Position numbers and translations under genes: made by a program
DNA from: Chloroflexi bacterium UBA6077
GTDB lineage: Bacteria; Chloroflexota; UBA6077
Assembly: GCA_002436065.1 (NCBI GenBank)
Contig: DIXP01000022.1
Location: 63,172-127,171 of the forward strand
Direction: 5' to 3'
Length of the DNA stretch: 64,000 bases
Shown: positions 54,073 to 62,064 of the stretch, in pieces
Numbering within the stretch: position 1 is the first letter of the stretch
Layout: every line of letters starts with the position of its first letter
Notes under the pieces: generated by a model
The model's input: the letters and a program-made list of their open reading frames with translations, nothing else
Told to the model about the DNA's origin: nothing
Database searches by the model: none

Positions 54073-55257
54073 TCACTTCGCGTTACCCCCATTAGAGGGT
54101 GCGAATCGGACCCTCAGGATGCCATCTTCAAGCTTGGCGCCCTGGGTCCGCATGCCACTCAGCGCCCTGGGCAGCACCAGGTTTCGTTTCTGGTTTCCAA
54201 TCTGGAGGATCAGCTCGTCTCCCACCTGCATCAGATCGATGTCGCCCTTGCTGGCGAAGGGCAGGGACAGCAGCAGTTGGTAGCCGTCCTCGGCCTTCTC
54301 GAAGCTGTAGGTCCGGCCCTGATGGTAGACGGCGGTGGGGTCTTCGGTGCCGAACAGCCGCTCCGCCACTTCCTTCAGCAGGCTCAGTCCCACGACCTCC
54401 TGGTTCATCAGCGGTAAGTACCGAATGGGCGTGGGCGCGAAGCCCTCCTCCACCATCTTCATATACCGTGCCTGGGATGCCTTCCAGGTATCGAAGTAGC
54501 TGTCTGTTACTTCTTCTGGGATCACCCGGTTGCAGATCACCAGGTCGGTTGGGTAGCCGTACAGGTTCAGGTAGGTGAAGGTCCGCTGAGCCTCCTTCAC
54601 CACCATCTTCTCGGCGTTGACTACCAACCTCACAGAGCTGAGGCTGGGATCGGCCAGCAGCTTCTGCATTCGGTCCAGTTGACGGAACAGGTCGGCCGCC
54701 GAGTCGTACACATCGTCGCCCGGCAGCGGGATTCCGACCAACGGCTTCACCACGGGTCGGGCCACCTGGATCAACCTGCGCTGGATCGGAAAGATCTTCT
54801 CCATCCACCAGCGGGCGATCTCAGGGAAGGTGAGCAGCTCCAGGGTCTCCGCCGTGGGGGCGCAGTCCAGGATAATTGTGTCGTACTCTCGGCTGTCGTA
54901 CAGACGTACCAACTGGAGCAGACTGGCCAGCTCGCTCATCCCCGGTGGGACGGTGAGCTCCTCGGCCACTATGCTGTCGATCCCGCGCCAGGAGAGGAGT
55001 GCCTCCAGGTATTTCTGTATCGTGCCCCAGTGGGTCTGCACCTCGTGGTAGACGTCGACCTCCTGGCCCCAGAGGTTCTCGGCTATGGAAACGGGTTCCG
55101 GCCCTAGCCGCAGGTCGAAGGAGTCGGCTAGGCTGTGGGCCGCGTCGGTGCTGAGCACTATCGTCTTGTGCCCCAACTGCGCGGAGCGCAGGGCTGTCGC
55201 CGCCGCCATGGTAGTCTTGCCGACGCCACCCTTGCCCGTGTATAGCAGGATTCGCAT
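54073..55257 (-). CDS. ArsA/Get3(TRC40)-family P-loop ATPase with C-terminal Hsp20/CS-like beta-sandwich
   Basis: 394 aa. ILLYTGKGGVGKTTMAAATA (deviant Walker A) and VLSTDAAHSLADSF (signature DTAPTGH-like region) are present. The C-terminal YQLLLSLPFASKGDIDLMQVGDELILQIGNQKRNLVLP resembles alpha-crystallin-like strands. Confidence 0.8.
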   Translation of the reverse strand: MRILLYTGKGGVGKTTMAAATALRSAQLGHKTIVLSTDAAHSLADSFDLRLGPEPVSIAENLWGQEVDVYHEVQTHWGTIQKYLEALLSWRGIDSIVAEELTVPPGMSELASLLQLVRLYDSREYDTIILDCAPTAETLELLTFPEIARWWMEKIFPIQRRLIQVARPVVKPLVGIPLPGDDVYDSAADLFRQLDRMQKLLADPSLSSVRLVVNAEKMVVKEAQRTFTYLNLYGYPTDLVICNRVIPEEVTDSYFDTWKASQARYMKMVEEGFAPTPIRYLPLMNQEVVGLSLLKEVAERLFGTEDPTAVYHQGRTYSFEKAEDGYQLLLSLPFASKGDIDLMQVGDELILQIGNQKRNLVLPRALSGMRTQGAKLEDGILRVRFAPSNGGNAK

Positions 55258-55332
55258 GCTGTGCTCGCCTTCTTGGATGTAAGAGTTTCCTCAACTGTAC
55301 ACATTATAGCAGCCAACGGCCAGCCCATCTGC

Positions 55333-55508
55333 CGGATGTCCTCGGTCGCTAGAGCCTTCAGAGAGGTGCGCAGGCGCACCCGACCGATGAGTTGCTTCCA
55401 GAACAGCGCATCCTGTGATGCGGATCATCTACGCCATTATCGCCCATCTGAACCAGCGCTGGAGCCAGCACGCCTCAGCTCAATCTACACAACTATCTTG
55501 ACGCTACC
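55333..55508 (+). mobile_element. solo 176-bp 3'-terminal fragment of an IS256-family insertion sequence (transposase C-terminus remnant plus right inverted repeat)
   Basis: 173/176 identical to 58734-58909. Encodes ...ARAFREVRRRTRPMSCFQNSASCD, then after a +1 frameshift RIIYAIIAHLNQRWSQ. This is comparable with IS256 ...IERLNQEVRRREKIIRIFPNQTSANRLIGAVLMDLHDEW. Confidence 0.7.
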
Positions 55509-55601
55509 GGACGTAGTATCCACCCTACTCGCCCCGACCACAAAGCCCGCCGGAAATCTCCGGCGGGCTCTTCTGTTCCCCTCCTCGATGCCATCGCTGG
55601 C

Positions 55602-55967
55602 TCAGGCCTTGTTCACCTGCTCGGTTGGCTTCTGAGTCGTGCTGCGTGGGATCAGGATCGCGCAGGCAATCACTCCCACCATGATCATGCCTGCGGCCAG
55701 AGTCGAGGCGGCACCGAAGCCGGATCGGTCCACGATCAACCCCAGGATGAAGGGTCCAAATACTGTTCCCAGGTCACAGGTGAAACGGTACATCCCCATT
55801 CCTCGGCCTAGCGAACGGTCAGGCACGAGGTCGGCTATCAGGGCGGAGAGCATGTTGTTGGCTACGATCGCCATGGAGATTAGGAAGGTGCTTATCGTGA
55901 AGATCCATATGCTCTCGCCGGTGAGCAGGTAGAGATTGCCGGCGACGCCCAGGAGCAGCAATGGCAT
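55602..55967 (-). pseudogene. 5'-truncated MFS transporter gene (C-terminal ~4 TM helices only)
   Basis: The 121-aa ORF resembles the last helices of MFS permeases (LIADLVPDRSLGRGMGMYRFTCDLGTVFGPFILGLIVD). No N-terminal half is detectable upstream. Confidence 0.5.
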
Positions 55968-56142
55968 GACCTTCTTAATCGAGTGAGGTTATACGAGTTG
56001 GGATGTCCGGCGCGTATGGTCTTATGGTGTGGATAGCCGCGCACTGTAGCACTCCTGCACTTCTGATGCAAAGGTGAGAGCTACCGATCTTCCCGGCCGG
56101 AGAAGGGAAAAAGCCATCTCTGGTGCCTCCGGATCCCTGGCC

Positions 56143-56184
56143 CTCCCTGAGGCCTGGGAAGTTCTGCCGCCAGGCCTCAGGGAG
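56143..56184 (-). terminator. strong hairpin (15-bp perfect stem) downstream of the acnX pair
   Basis: ctccctgaggcctgg (56143-56157) pairs with ccaggcctcagggag (56170-56184). No U-tract, so terminator function is uncertain. Confidence 0.35.
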
Positions 56185-56311
56185 AAGCCAGAACTGAAGT
56201 CATAGCCATCCAACGCCTCTGCAGATGTGCCTCGCTCTGAGCTCATTCGGGTAAGTGGCATGAGTTGGCCGGTGGAGACGGCTATCGAGGAATGCAAGCC
56301 GCAGCGACCGT

Positions 56312-56737
56312 TCAGTTCTCCGCGGCCACCCGTTCGACGGTTCCGTCGGAGCGGATGGTCACTCGGTCCCCTGTCCGAAGCCGCTGGAAGTCCATCTCGT
56401 TCAGGGCAATCACCGGCACAACTCTGTCATACAGCTCGCTTGCCACCACTGCTCCCAGTGCCAGCATCGGGTCGACACAAGAAGCGACGATGGCAGCGGG
56501 CGCCGTTCCTACCCGTATGGTCTCAAGCAGCACTGTGCTGGCGGTAGTCGAGCCTCGTGAATAGGGTAGCACCAGCACTTGCCCCGTGACTTTCTGCCCC
56601 GATAGCTCGTGACGCCGGTCTATGATCTCCCCAGACGCCGGATCCAAACCGCCCCAGAAACTGAGTGGTTCCCTCGTCACGAGAGCGGATCCTGATGCAT
56701 TTCCCTCTACCATCGGAGTACCTGTCATTAGTTCCAT
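56312..56737 (-). CDS. aconitase X swivel-domain protein (DUF126, AcnX small subunit)
   Basis: ORF 56312..56908. An ATG at 56737 is preceded by AGGAGGAA. GNASGSALVTREPLSFWGGLDPASGEIIDRRHELSGQKVTGQVLVLPYSRGSTTASTVLLE is the DUF126 pattern. Overlaps the large subunit by 10 nt. Confidence 0.75.
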   Translation of the reverse strand: MELMTGTPMVEGNASGSALVTREPLSFWGGLDPASGEIIDRRHELSGQKVTGQVLVLPYSRGSTTASTVLLETIRVGTAPAAIVASCVDPMLALGAVVASELYDRVVPVIALNEMDFQRLRTGDRVTIRSDGTVERVAAEN

Positions 56738-57990
56738 AGTGATTCCTCCTTGCAGACCTGCCCCAATACTGCAGATTCGACACAGTCCTCCAGGCTCCCG
56801 AAGGCTACCCGCCTCTTCAGGACACCTGGACCATAGTACGCGCACTTTCCAGAGCTGGTCATCACGACACGGTCTTCGGCTCGGAGCATAGGTGATAGGA
56901 GGATGCAAGCATCTGCCACGACCTTCACGCCGAATCGTTCCAACTCCGGCCAGAAGAGGCTAGCTTTCACCGCGTCTCGTACTGAACGGCTGGACATCAC
57001 CACCAGGCGTGTTCCGGGATGGCGATCTCTGCCTTTCACTAATCGACCAAGCTTTGTGAACTCTTCTTTTGAGAAATGGGGGCATCCCAGCACCACGACG
57101 TCGATATCGCCCTGCGAGCAGGTGGACATCTGTCTCCGATACTCCCTGAGCGTGGTCAGGTCCACCTGCACCACATCTTCCGGCTGTTGTCCCTGGAAGG
57201 CTGCCTCCAGTGTGGGGGCTTCGGGTGTTGTCCCTACGGCATGGAAGAGAGCCACACGGCCCGAAGATGCCGCGGCGGCGCCGAGAGCCTTCAACTGGTC
57301 CTCGGTAACCCCTGTTGGCAATCCGTCCAGGACGGGTATCCTCTGCCCTGCCGTCTTGCCCAGATAGAAGCCGAGCACCGGATAGAAGGAGTCGTCTTGC
57401 AGGAGCGCAGCCGGCAGAGCTGTTAGCCTGAAGAGGATCTGGCCTCGCCGATTCTCGCTGAGATGCAGCCCACTCCTGGGAGCTCTTCCCGTGAGGGCCA
57501 TGCACAGGTCCACGTAGTCACCGTACCGATTGGTTCGAGCTCCCAGCACCGAGTTCGCGAAGACTATAGCGTTGGATTCGGACCACCCGACCTGCTCGCC
57601 CCTGGCCGGTCGGATCCCCGATTGATAGGGGGCGCAGGTCCAGGTTGGCAGGCAGCCCATCCCGACATAGGCGCGCATGATCCTCAGCCCCTTTTCAGCA
57701 AACTCCTCGGACACGGAGAGGTTGCGCCACCCCTCTTCGTCCATGGGACCAGCGTTCAATGAGGTTGGTACCACGACGCGAGCGCCCAGCCGGGCGAAGG
57801 TTTCCGCGAAATCCAGGCTAGACTCTCCCAGGTAGACAGCTCCGTCGATATGGACCCTGGTAATGTCCATCAACTCCTCGGCGCCCTCGATCTCGGCCGT
57901 CTTCACCAGAATGGACATAGCCATCCGGGTTGCCTCACCTCGCTTTCCCTCAAGCATCTCTCGGTCTACTCTGCTCAGCTTCAGCGCCAT
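56728..57990 (-). CDS. aconitase X catalytic-domain protein (DUF521, AcnX large subunit)
   Basis: ORF 56728..58110, whose first 40 codons run through the T-box terminator. An ATG at 57990 is preceded by GAGGAAGGA. DREMLEGKRGEATRMAMSILVKTAEIEGAEELMDITRVHIDG and TWTCAPYQ match the family. Confidence 0.75.
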   Translation of the reverse strand: MALKLSRVDREMLEGKRGEATRMAMSILVKTAEIEGAEELMDITRVHIDGAVYLGESSLDFAETFARLGARVVVPTSLNAGPMDEEGWRNLSVSEEFAEKGLRIMRAYVGMGCLPTWTCAPYQSGIRPARGEQVGWSESNAIVFANSVLGARTNRYGDYVDLCMALTGRAPRSGLHLSENRRGQILFRLTALPAALLQDDSFYPVLGFYLGKTAGQRIPVLDGLPTGVTEDQLKALGAAAASSGRVALFHAVGTTPEAPTLEAAFQGQQPEDVVQVDLTTLREYRRQMSTCSQGDIDVVVLGCPHFSKEEFTKLGRLVKGRDRHPGTRLVVMSSRSVRDAVKASLFWPELERFGVKVVADACILLSPMLRAEDRVVMTSSGKCAYYGPGVLKRRVAFGSLEDCVESAVLGQVCKEESLWN

Positions 57991-58091
57991 GATCCTTCCT
58001 CGTCTGCCATCTGAGTTCTCGTACTGCTCGCGTGACCCTCGGCCTTTTCGTACGGTGTTCGAGTCGCGTTCCTCCGGCAATCCGGGCAAAC

Positions 58092-58385
58092 AAAAATCCC
58101 GTCCCTGCAAGGGACGGGATTGATGATTTGCTATCCCGCGGTACCACCCAAATTAGCGCAACCGCTCGCTCGTCGAGGTACGTGTTCATACCCCCGTCAC
58201 AGTTAACGGCTGACGAATCCGGCCAAGCCTACTGGAGCGAGTGGACTCACTCTTTTGGTTGGCAGCTCAGGAAGGATTTTCGGCGGGGACTCCACATCCG
58301 GTCACACCAAACCCGGACTCTCTGAGTGTCGCCCCTATCCGCCTACTCGTTTCCGTCGAAGCCTTTAGGCATATGAGCAATACAA
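58092..58385 (-). promoter_or_regulatory. T-box riboswitch leader (tRNA-sensing transcription attenuator)
   Basis: On the minus-strand RNA, Stem I has a GA/K-turn base (GGC-uuc-GA-c-GGAA / UUCC-u-GA-gcu-GCC). The specifier loop has AGUA on the 5' side and GAAAAUCC on the 3' side (58274-58281). Other elements are the AGAGAG bulge (58318-58323), distal-loop GGUGUGA (58302-58308), F-box CCGUUA (58204-58209) and T-box core AAUUUGGGUGGUACCGCGGGAU (58133-58154). The terminator is AAUCCCGUCCC-uugca-GGGACGGGAUU followed by UUUG (58092-58121), and its 5' arm can instead pair with the T-box (GGG...CGGGA / UCCCG..CCC) as an antiterminator. Confidence 0.85.
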
Positions 58386-58394
58386 CCGCGCCAT

Positions 58395-58422
58395 AATATA
58401 CGCTCTTCTCCAGTACCGTCAA
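58395..58422 (-). promoter_or_regulatory. sigma-70-type promoter TTGACG-N16-TATATT for the T-box leader
   Basis: The -35 is the reverse complement of 58417-58422 and the -10 is the reverse complement of 58395-58400. It sits immediately upstream of Stem I and 14 bp outside the IS remnant. Confidence 0.6.
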
Positions 58423-58435
58423 CAACAACGGACCT

Positions 58436-58909
58436 GGTAGCGTAGCATAGGTTGTGTAGTTTTCTTGGAAGGGGAGGGCGTATTCTCCAGCAGGTTCGGG
58501 AAAACCAGAGAGGAGAATACGCCCATGGCCAAGATGCTAGCCCTGACCGAAAGGCCTATCGCCCAGCGGTTCGGAGAAGTCAAGGACGAGGAGGCGACCT
58601 GGGGGGACATTAGCGAGGAGGGGTGCCTTCTGGCGAAGAGGATCATCAAGGGTAGCCTGGAGGAGGGGCTCTCGATGAGGCTGGGGGTTACTAGATCTGT
58701 TAATGACGAGAGTGAGGAAGAAGCTGTCTCCATCGGATGTCCTCGGTCGCTAGAGCCTTCAGAGAGGTACGCAGACGCACCCGACCGATGAGTTGCTTCC
58801 AGAACAGCGCATCCTGTGATGCGGATCATCTACGCCATTATCACCCATCTGAACCAGCGCTGGAGCCAGCACGCCTCAGCTCAATCTACACAACTATCTT
58901 GACGCTACC
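58436..58909 (+). mobile_element. internally deleted (474-bp) IS256-family element with both terminal inverted repeats
   Basis: Left IR is ggtagcgtagcataggttgtgtag (58436-58459). The reverse complement of the right end is ggtagcgtcaagatagttgtgtag (58886-58909), matching at 17/24 positions. In between are an N-terminal transposase-like stretch (...CLLAKRIIKGSLEEGLSMRLGV...) joined to the C-terminal remnant (ARAFREVRRRTRPMSCFQN...). The DDE core is missing, and I saw no flanking target-site duplication. Confidence 0.7.
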
Positions 58910-58957
58910 TGCGAGCCATGCCCCTATCGTTGGTTTGCGGCTTGCTGATATCAATTA

Positions 58958-58985
58958 GCTGAAGGCTGAAAGCTGACTGCTGTAG
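58958..58985 (+). repeat. four tandem heptads GCTGAAG GCTGAAA GCTGACT GCTGTAG directly 5' of the RBS
   Basis: Seen directly in the sequence. A three-heptad version occurs at 60165-60185 in the same position relative to the next gene. Confidence 0.6.
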
Positions 58986-58996
58986 AGTAGAAAGGG

Positions 58997-60022
58997 ATGA
59001 CCATGCAGACCATGACCAAGATAGAGAGAGTACAGGCGGCTCTCAAGGGCAGGGAGGTGGACAAGGTTCCGATGAGCTTCTGGCGCCACTTCTACTCGCA
59101 GGAAAGGGATGCGGGACTGCTATCGGAAGCCTTGCTCGCCTTCCAGCGGGAGTACCAGTGGGACTTCGTGAAGGTGAACCCCAGGGGTTCCTACCACGTG
59201 GAGGATTGGGGCAACCGCTACAGCTACTCTGACGACCCCCACGTGGCGCCCACCCTACTCAGCCATGTGGTGCACTCCAGGGGGGATTGGGCCAGGATCC
59301 AGCCGCTCGATATCTGGCGCTCCGAGGCGTTGAAGCAGCAGTTGGTGGTGCTTGAGTTGGTAAAGGAGGGGCTGCAGGAGGAGAACGTCTACTTCCTCCA
59401 GACCATCTTCTCGCCCCTTGCCATCGCCTTCAAGCTGGCAGGCAGCTCGAAGGAGCGCCTCCAGGAGGCGATGCGCAGCGAGGCGAAGGAGCTGCAGGGC
59501 GCCTTAGAGGCGATCACCGAGAGCTACGCGAACTACGCCACCGCCTCCCTGGACGTGGGGGCCAGCGGCATCTTCTTCGCCACCACGAAGATGGCCTCGA
59601 GCGATATGATGACCTGGGAGCAGTACGCTCAGTTCGGCACGCCATACGACCTGCGGGTGCTCGCGGCGGTGCAATCCAGGCCGGGTTTCAACCTGCTGCA
59701 CATGTGTGGTGGGCACATCTTCTTCGACCAACTGATGGGCTATCCAGTGGATGCTATCAGTTGGGACGTCACGCTGCCGGGCAACCTGAGCCTCAGGGAG
59801 GGCAGGGAGAGGTCCGGCAAGATGGTGGTAGGTGGCCTGGACAGCATGGTGACCTTCAAAGCAGGCAGGACCGAGGACATCGACCGTGAGGTGACTAGGG
59901 CGCTGCGAGAGACGGGCGGCCGGGGCTGTGCCATCGCGCCGGGCTGCACCTTCCCCACCACGGTTAAGAGCGAGCTGCTGGAGGCGGCCCTTGCCGCCCG
60001 GGAGCGCTTCAGCAGCAGCTAA
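58997..60022 (+). CDS. uroporphyrinogen decarboxylase (URO-D) family protein (MtaA/CmuA-like methyltransferase or decarboxylase)
   Basis: 341 aa. KIERVQAALKGREVDKVPMSFWRHF is a typical URO-D-family N-terminus, and the protein has TIM-barrel length. An alternative ATG at 59003 has better RBS spacing. Confidence 0.6.
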   Translation: MTMQTMTKIERVQAALKGREVDKVPMSFWRHFYSQERDAGLLSEALLAFQREYQWDFVKVNPRGSYHVEDWGNRYSYSDDPHVAPTLLSHVVHSRGDWARIQPLDIWRSEALKQQLVVLELVKEGLQEENVYFLQTIFSPLAIAFKLAGSSKERLQEAMRSEAKELQGALEAITESYANYATASLDVGASGIFFATTKMASSDMMTWEQYAQFGTPYDLRVLAAVQSRPGFNLLHMCGGHIFFDQLMGYPVDAISWDVTLPGNLSLREGRERSGKMVVGGLDSMVTFKAGRTEDIDREVTRALRETGGRGCAIAPGCTFPTTVKSELLEAALAARERFSSS

Positions 60023-60164
60023 TTGCCGGCAGGTAGCCGTCAACAGTCAACATGGAGCCGCCAGCCATAAGGCCGGGGCTCGTATCTGTTTGCCTCTTGG
60101 CCCGCATGTGTTACGATTCCTACCTGTGGTCCGCTCTGAGATTCCACCGTCGTCTCGATAAGAG

Positions 60165-60185
60165 GCTGAAAGCTGGCTGCTGAAC
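60165..60185 (+). repeat. three tandem heptads GCTGAAA GCTGGCT GCTGAAC directly 5' of the RBS
   Basis: Ends 1 nt before the GGAGG (60187-60191) of the MscS gene. Related to 58958-58985. Confidence 0.6.
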
Positions 60186-60197
60186 CGGAGGTTTATA

Positions 60198-61115
60198 TTG
60201 GATCTTGCCCTTCTCGCGGCCACGATTGATGGCTACCTGCATCTGGACTGGGCGAAACTCGTCTCCATGGCGTTCGTCCTCATCGTCACGCTGGTTGCCC
60301 TTAGGCTCCTCAGGATGGCGGTACACGGCGTTGCGCGGACCATCCTGGATCGAGACAAGGAGCCAGACAGGGAGGTCGCTCAGAAGGCTAAGACCCTCTC
60401 CCAGGTGGTGGAGACTACCGGCAGGATCGTCGTCTTCACCCTCGCTGCTCTCACACTGCTCTCCCTGGCCGGACAGGACATCACTCCCCTCCTGGCGAGC
60501 GCCGGCATCGCCGGTGTAGCCATCGGCTTCGGGGCGCAGAACGTGATCAAGGACTGGCTCGGTGGCTTCTTCATCCTGTTCGAGAACCAGTACTCTGTGG
60601 ACGACGTCATCAAGGTGGGCAGCTACTCCGGTCTCGTGGAGAAGATGGACCTGAGGCGAACCGTGCTGCGCGCCGCGGACGGCTCAGTGGTGGTGATACC
60701 CAACGGCGAGATTCGGGTGGTGACCAACCTGACCAAGGAGTGGTCGAGGGTGGTGATGGACGTGAATGTGGGCTACGAGGCGGACATAGACCACGCTATG
60801 GAGGTCCTCGCTCGGGCAGGCGCGGAGCTAGCCCAGGAGGATGAGTTCGCTAAGCTGATCATAGATAGCCCCGAGGTGCTGGGGGTGGAGGCATTGGGGG
60901 AGTACCACGTTACCCTCCGAATGCTGGTGAAGACCCAGCCGCTGCAGCAGTGGAGTGTGGCTCGGGCACTGCGCGCCAGGATCAAGAAGGCATTCGACCG
61001 GGAGGGCATACCCGTACCATATCCCCACCAGGTTACGATCACCAGGATCCAGCCAATGGAGACCACGGAGGAACGACTCGCTTCCTTTGGGGGTCAGCGG
61101 GTGAGGTCGGAGTAG
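60198..61115 (+). CDS. small-conductance mechanosensitive channel (MscS family)
   Basis: 305 aa. GIAGVAIGFGAQNVIKDWLGGFFILFENQYSVDDVIKVG...VVIPNGEI is the MscS TM3/beta-domain signature. TTG start lies 6 nt after GGAGG. Confidence 0.85.
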   Translation: MDLALLAATIDGYLHLDWAKLVSMAFVLIVTLVALRLLRMAVHGVARTILDRDKEPDREVAQKAKTLSQVVETTGRIVVFTLAALTLLSLAGQDITPLLASAGIAGVAIGFGAQNVIKDWLGGFFILFENQYSVDDVIKVGSYSGLVEKMDLRRTVLRAADGSVVVIPNGEIRVVTNLTKEWSRVVMDVNVGYEADIDHAMEVLARAGAELAQEDEFAKLIIDSPEVLGVEALGEYHVTLRMLVKTQPLQQWSVARALRARIKKAFDREGIPVPYPHQVTITRIQPMETTEERLASFGGQRVRSE

Positions 61116-62029
61116 CGGACGAGGTGGATATCTCGCTCGTTCAGGATCTCGCGGCTGACTGGGTCCGTGAGGGCCCTGAGTTCCGAATCTCGACCCGACG
61201 AGTAGGAGGTCTCCCTCTTCAGGGCGTCGTCAGGGTAGCCTGGATGGCACATCAGCTCTGTCGCTCCCTCGGGCAGGGACCGGAGCGCCCTGTGGAGGGC
61301 GGTGGGGCCGAAAGCCATCCCCAGTAGGATGCCTCGGAAATGGCTCGGGGTAGCCAGTCCGGCTCGCCGAGCCTTCGCCTGGAGCATCCGGCCCAGCAGG
61401 CTCAGCACTATGCCCTTCAGATACCTGCCCCTGACCGTTTCCCTTTCCCCTTCCCGGGTTCCCCGAAGCAGCATCCCCGCCTGCCCAACCCCATCGGCAA
61501 GCCCCAGCTCGATAGTGGAGCGGACCCCACCGATCCCGTGGCGAAGGGCGAGGCTGATGGCTGTGGGCTGGAGGGCGGGATGGGTGTGGAGGTGGTGGTG
61601 GGAATCCAGGTGGGTGGGGACGATCCCTGCCGCCAGCGACTTCTCAACCTGCGCACCTAGCTCGGCCTCGACCTGCTGGAGGTCCAGCCTTCCCAGGGTC
61701 AGCTGGCGCAAAGCTACACCCATGCGGAGAAAGCGCCCGTCCTCGCTCACAAGTGTGGAGACCTCGGAGGTGGGTAGAAGTGGCACGCCGGCGGTGAGAT
61801 TCAGGTGGATGCCCACACCCAGGTCGGGGTTCTCACTGGAGAGCGCGATGGCCTGCTCGAAGGCAGGCATGTTAGCCATCAGAGTGGTGCTGGTGAGAAT
61901 GCCCTGCCGATGGGCCTCGACGATACCGCGATTCACCCCTTCGCTTATGCCGAAGTCGTCGGCGTTGACGATTAGCTGCTTCAACTTGTCCCTCCTTGGC
62001 GCTGATAGTATACTCTCGACACGCTCCAA
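61094..62029 (-). CDS. ChbG/YdjC/HpnK-family carbohydrate deacetylase
   Basis: 311 aa. LIVNADDFGISEGVNRGIVEAHRQGILTSTTLMANMP and THLDSHHHLH match the family. Confidence 0.8.
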   Translation of the reverse strand: MERVESILSAPRRDKLKQLIVNADDFGISEGVNRGIVEAHRQGILTSTTLMANMPAFEQAIALSSENPDLGVGIHLNLTAGVPLLPTSEVSTLVSEDGRFLRMGVALRQLTLGRLDLQQVEAELGAQVEKSLAAGIVPTHLDSHHHLHTHPALQPTAISLALRHGIGGVRSTIELGLADGVGQAGMLLRGTREGERETVRGRYLKGIVLSLLGRMLQAKARRAGLATPSHFRGILLGMAFGPTALHRALRSLPEGATELMCHPGYPDDALKRETSYSSGRDSELRALTDPVSREILNERDIHLVRYSDLTR

Positions 62030-62064
62030 CGCTATCCACTCATCGGAAGGGGCACCGCTCCAGC

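Noticed and set aside
58092-58385. The structured leader was first considered as a cobalamin riboswitch (B12 theme of the window), RNase P RNA (AGAGAGTCCGGG) or SRP RNA.
   Set aside because: There is no GGGAA/GGUG..AAUCC core or B12 box, it is too short for RNase P, and there is no GGAAGCAGC SRP motif. It does contain the full T-box element set, including GGGUGGUACCGCG and a competing terminator.
58465-58791. 108-aa ORF upstream of the URO-D-like gene treated as a possible gene.
   Set aside because: It lies wholly inside the 474-bp IS256-derived remnant. It represents the N-terminal transposase fragment read through the deletion junction, so it is not an intact gene.
61094-61115. 22-nt overlap of the convergent MscS and ChbG-like gene ends looked like a possible mis-called boundary.
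   Set aside because: Both ORFs retain family-typical C-termini up to their stops. Short convergent overlaps are common in compact genomes, and nothing indicates a frameshift.
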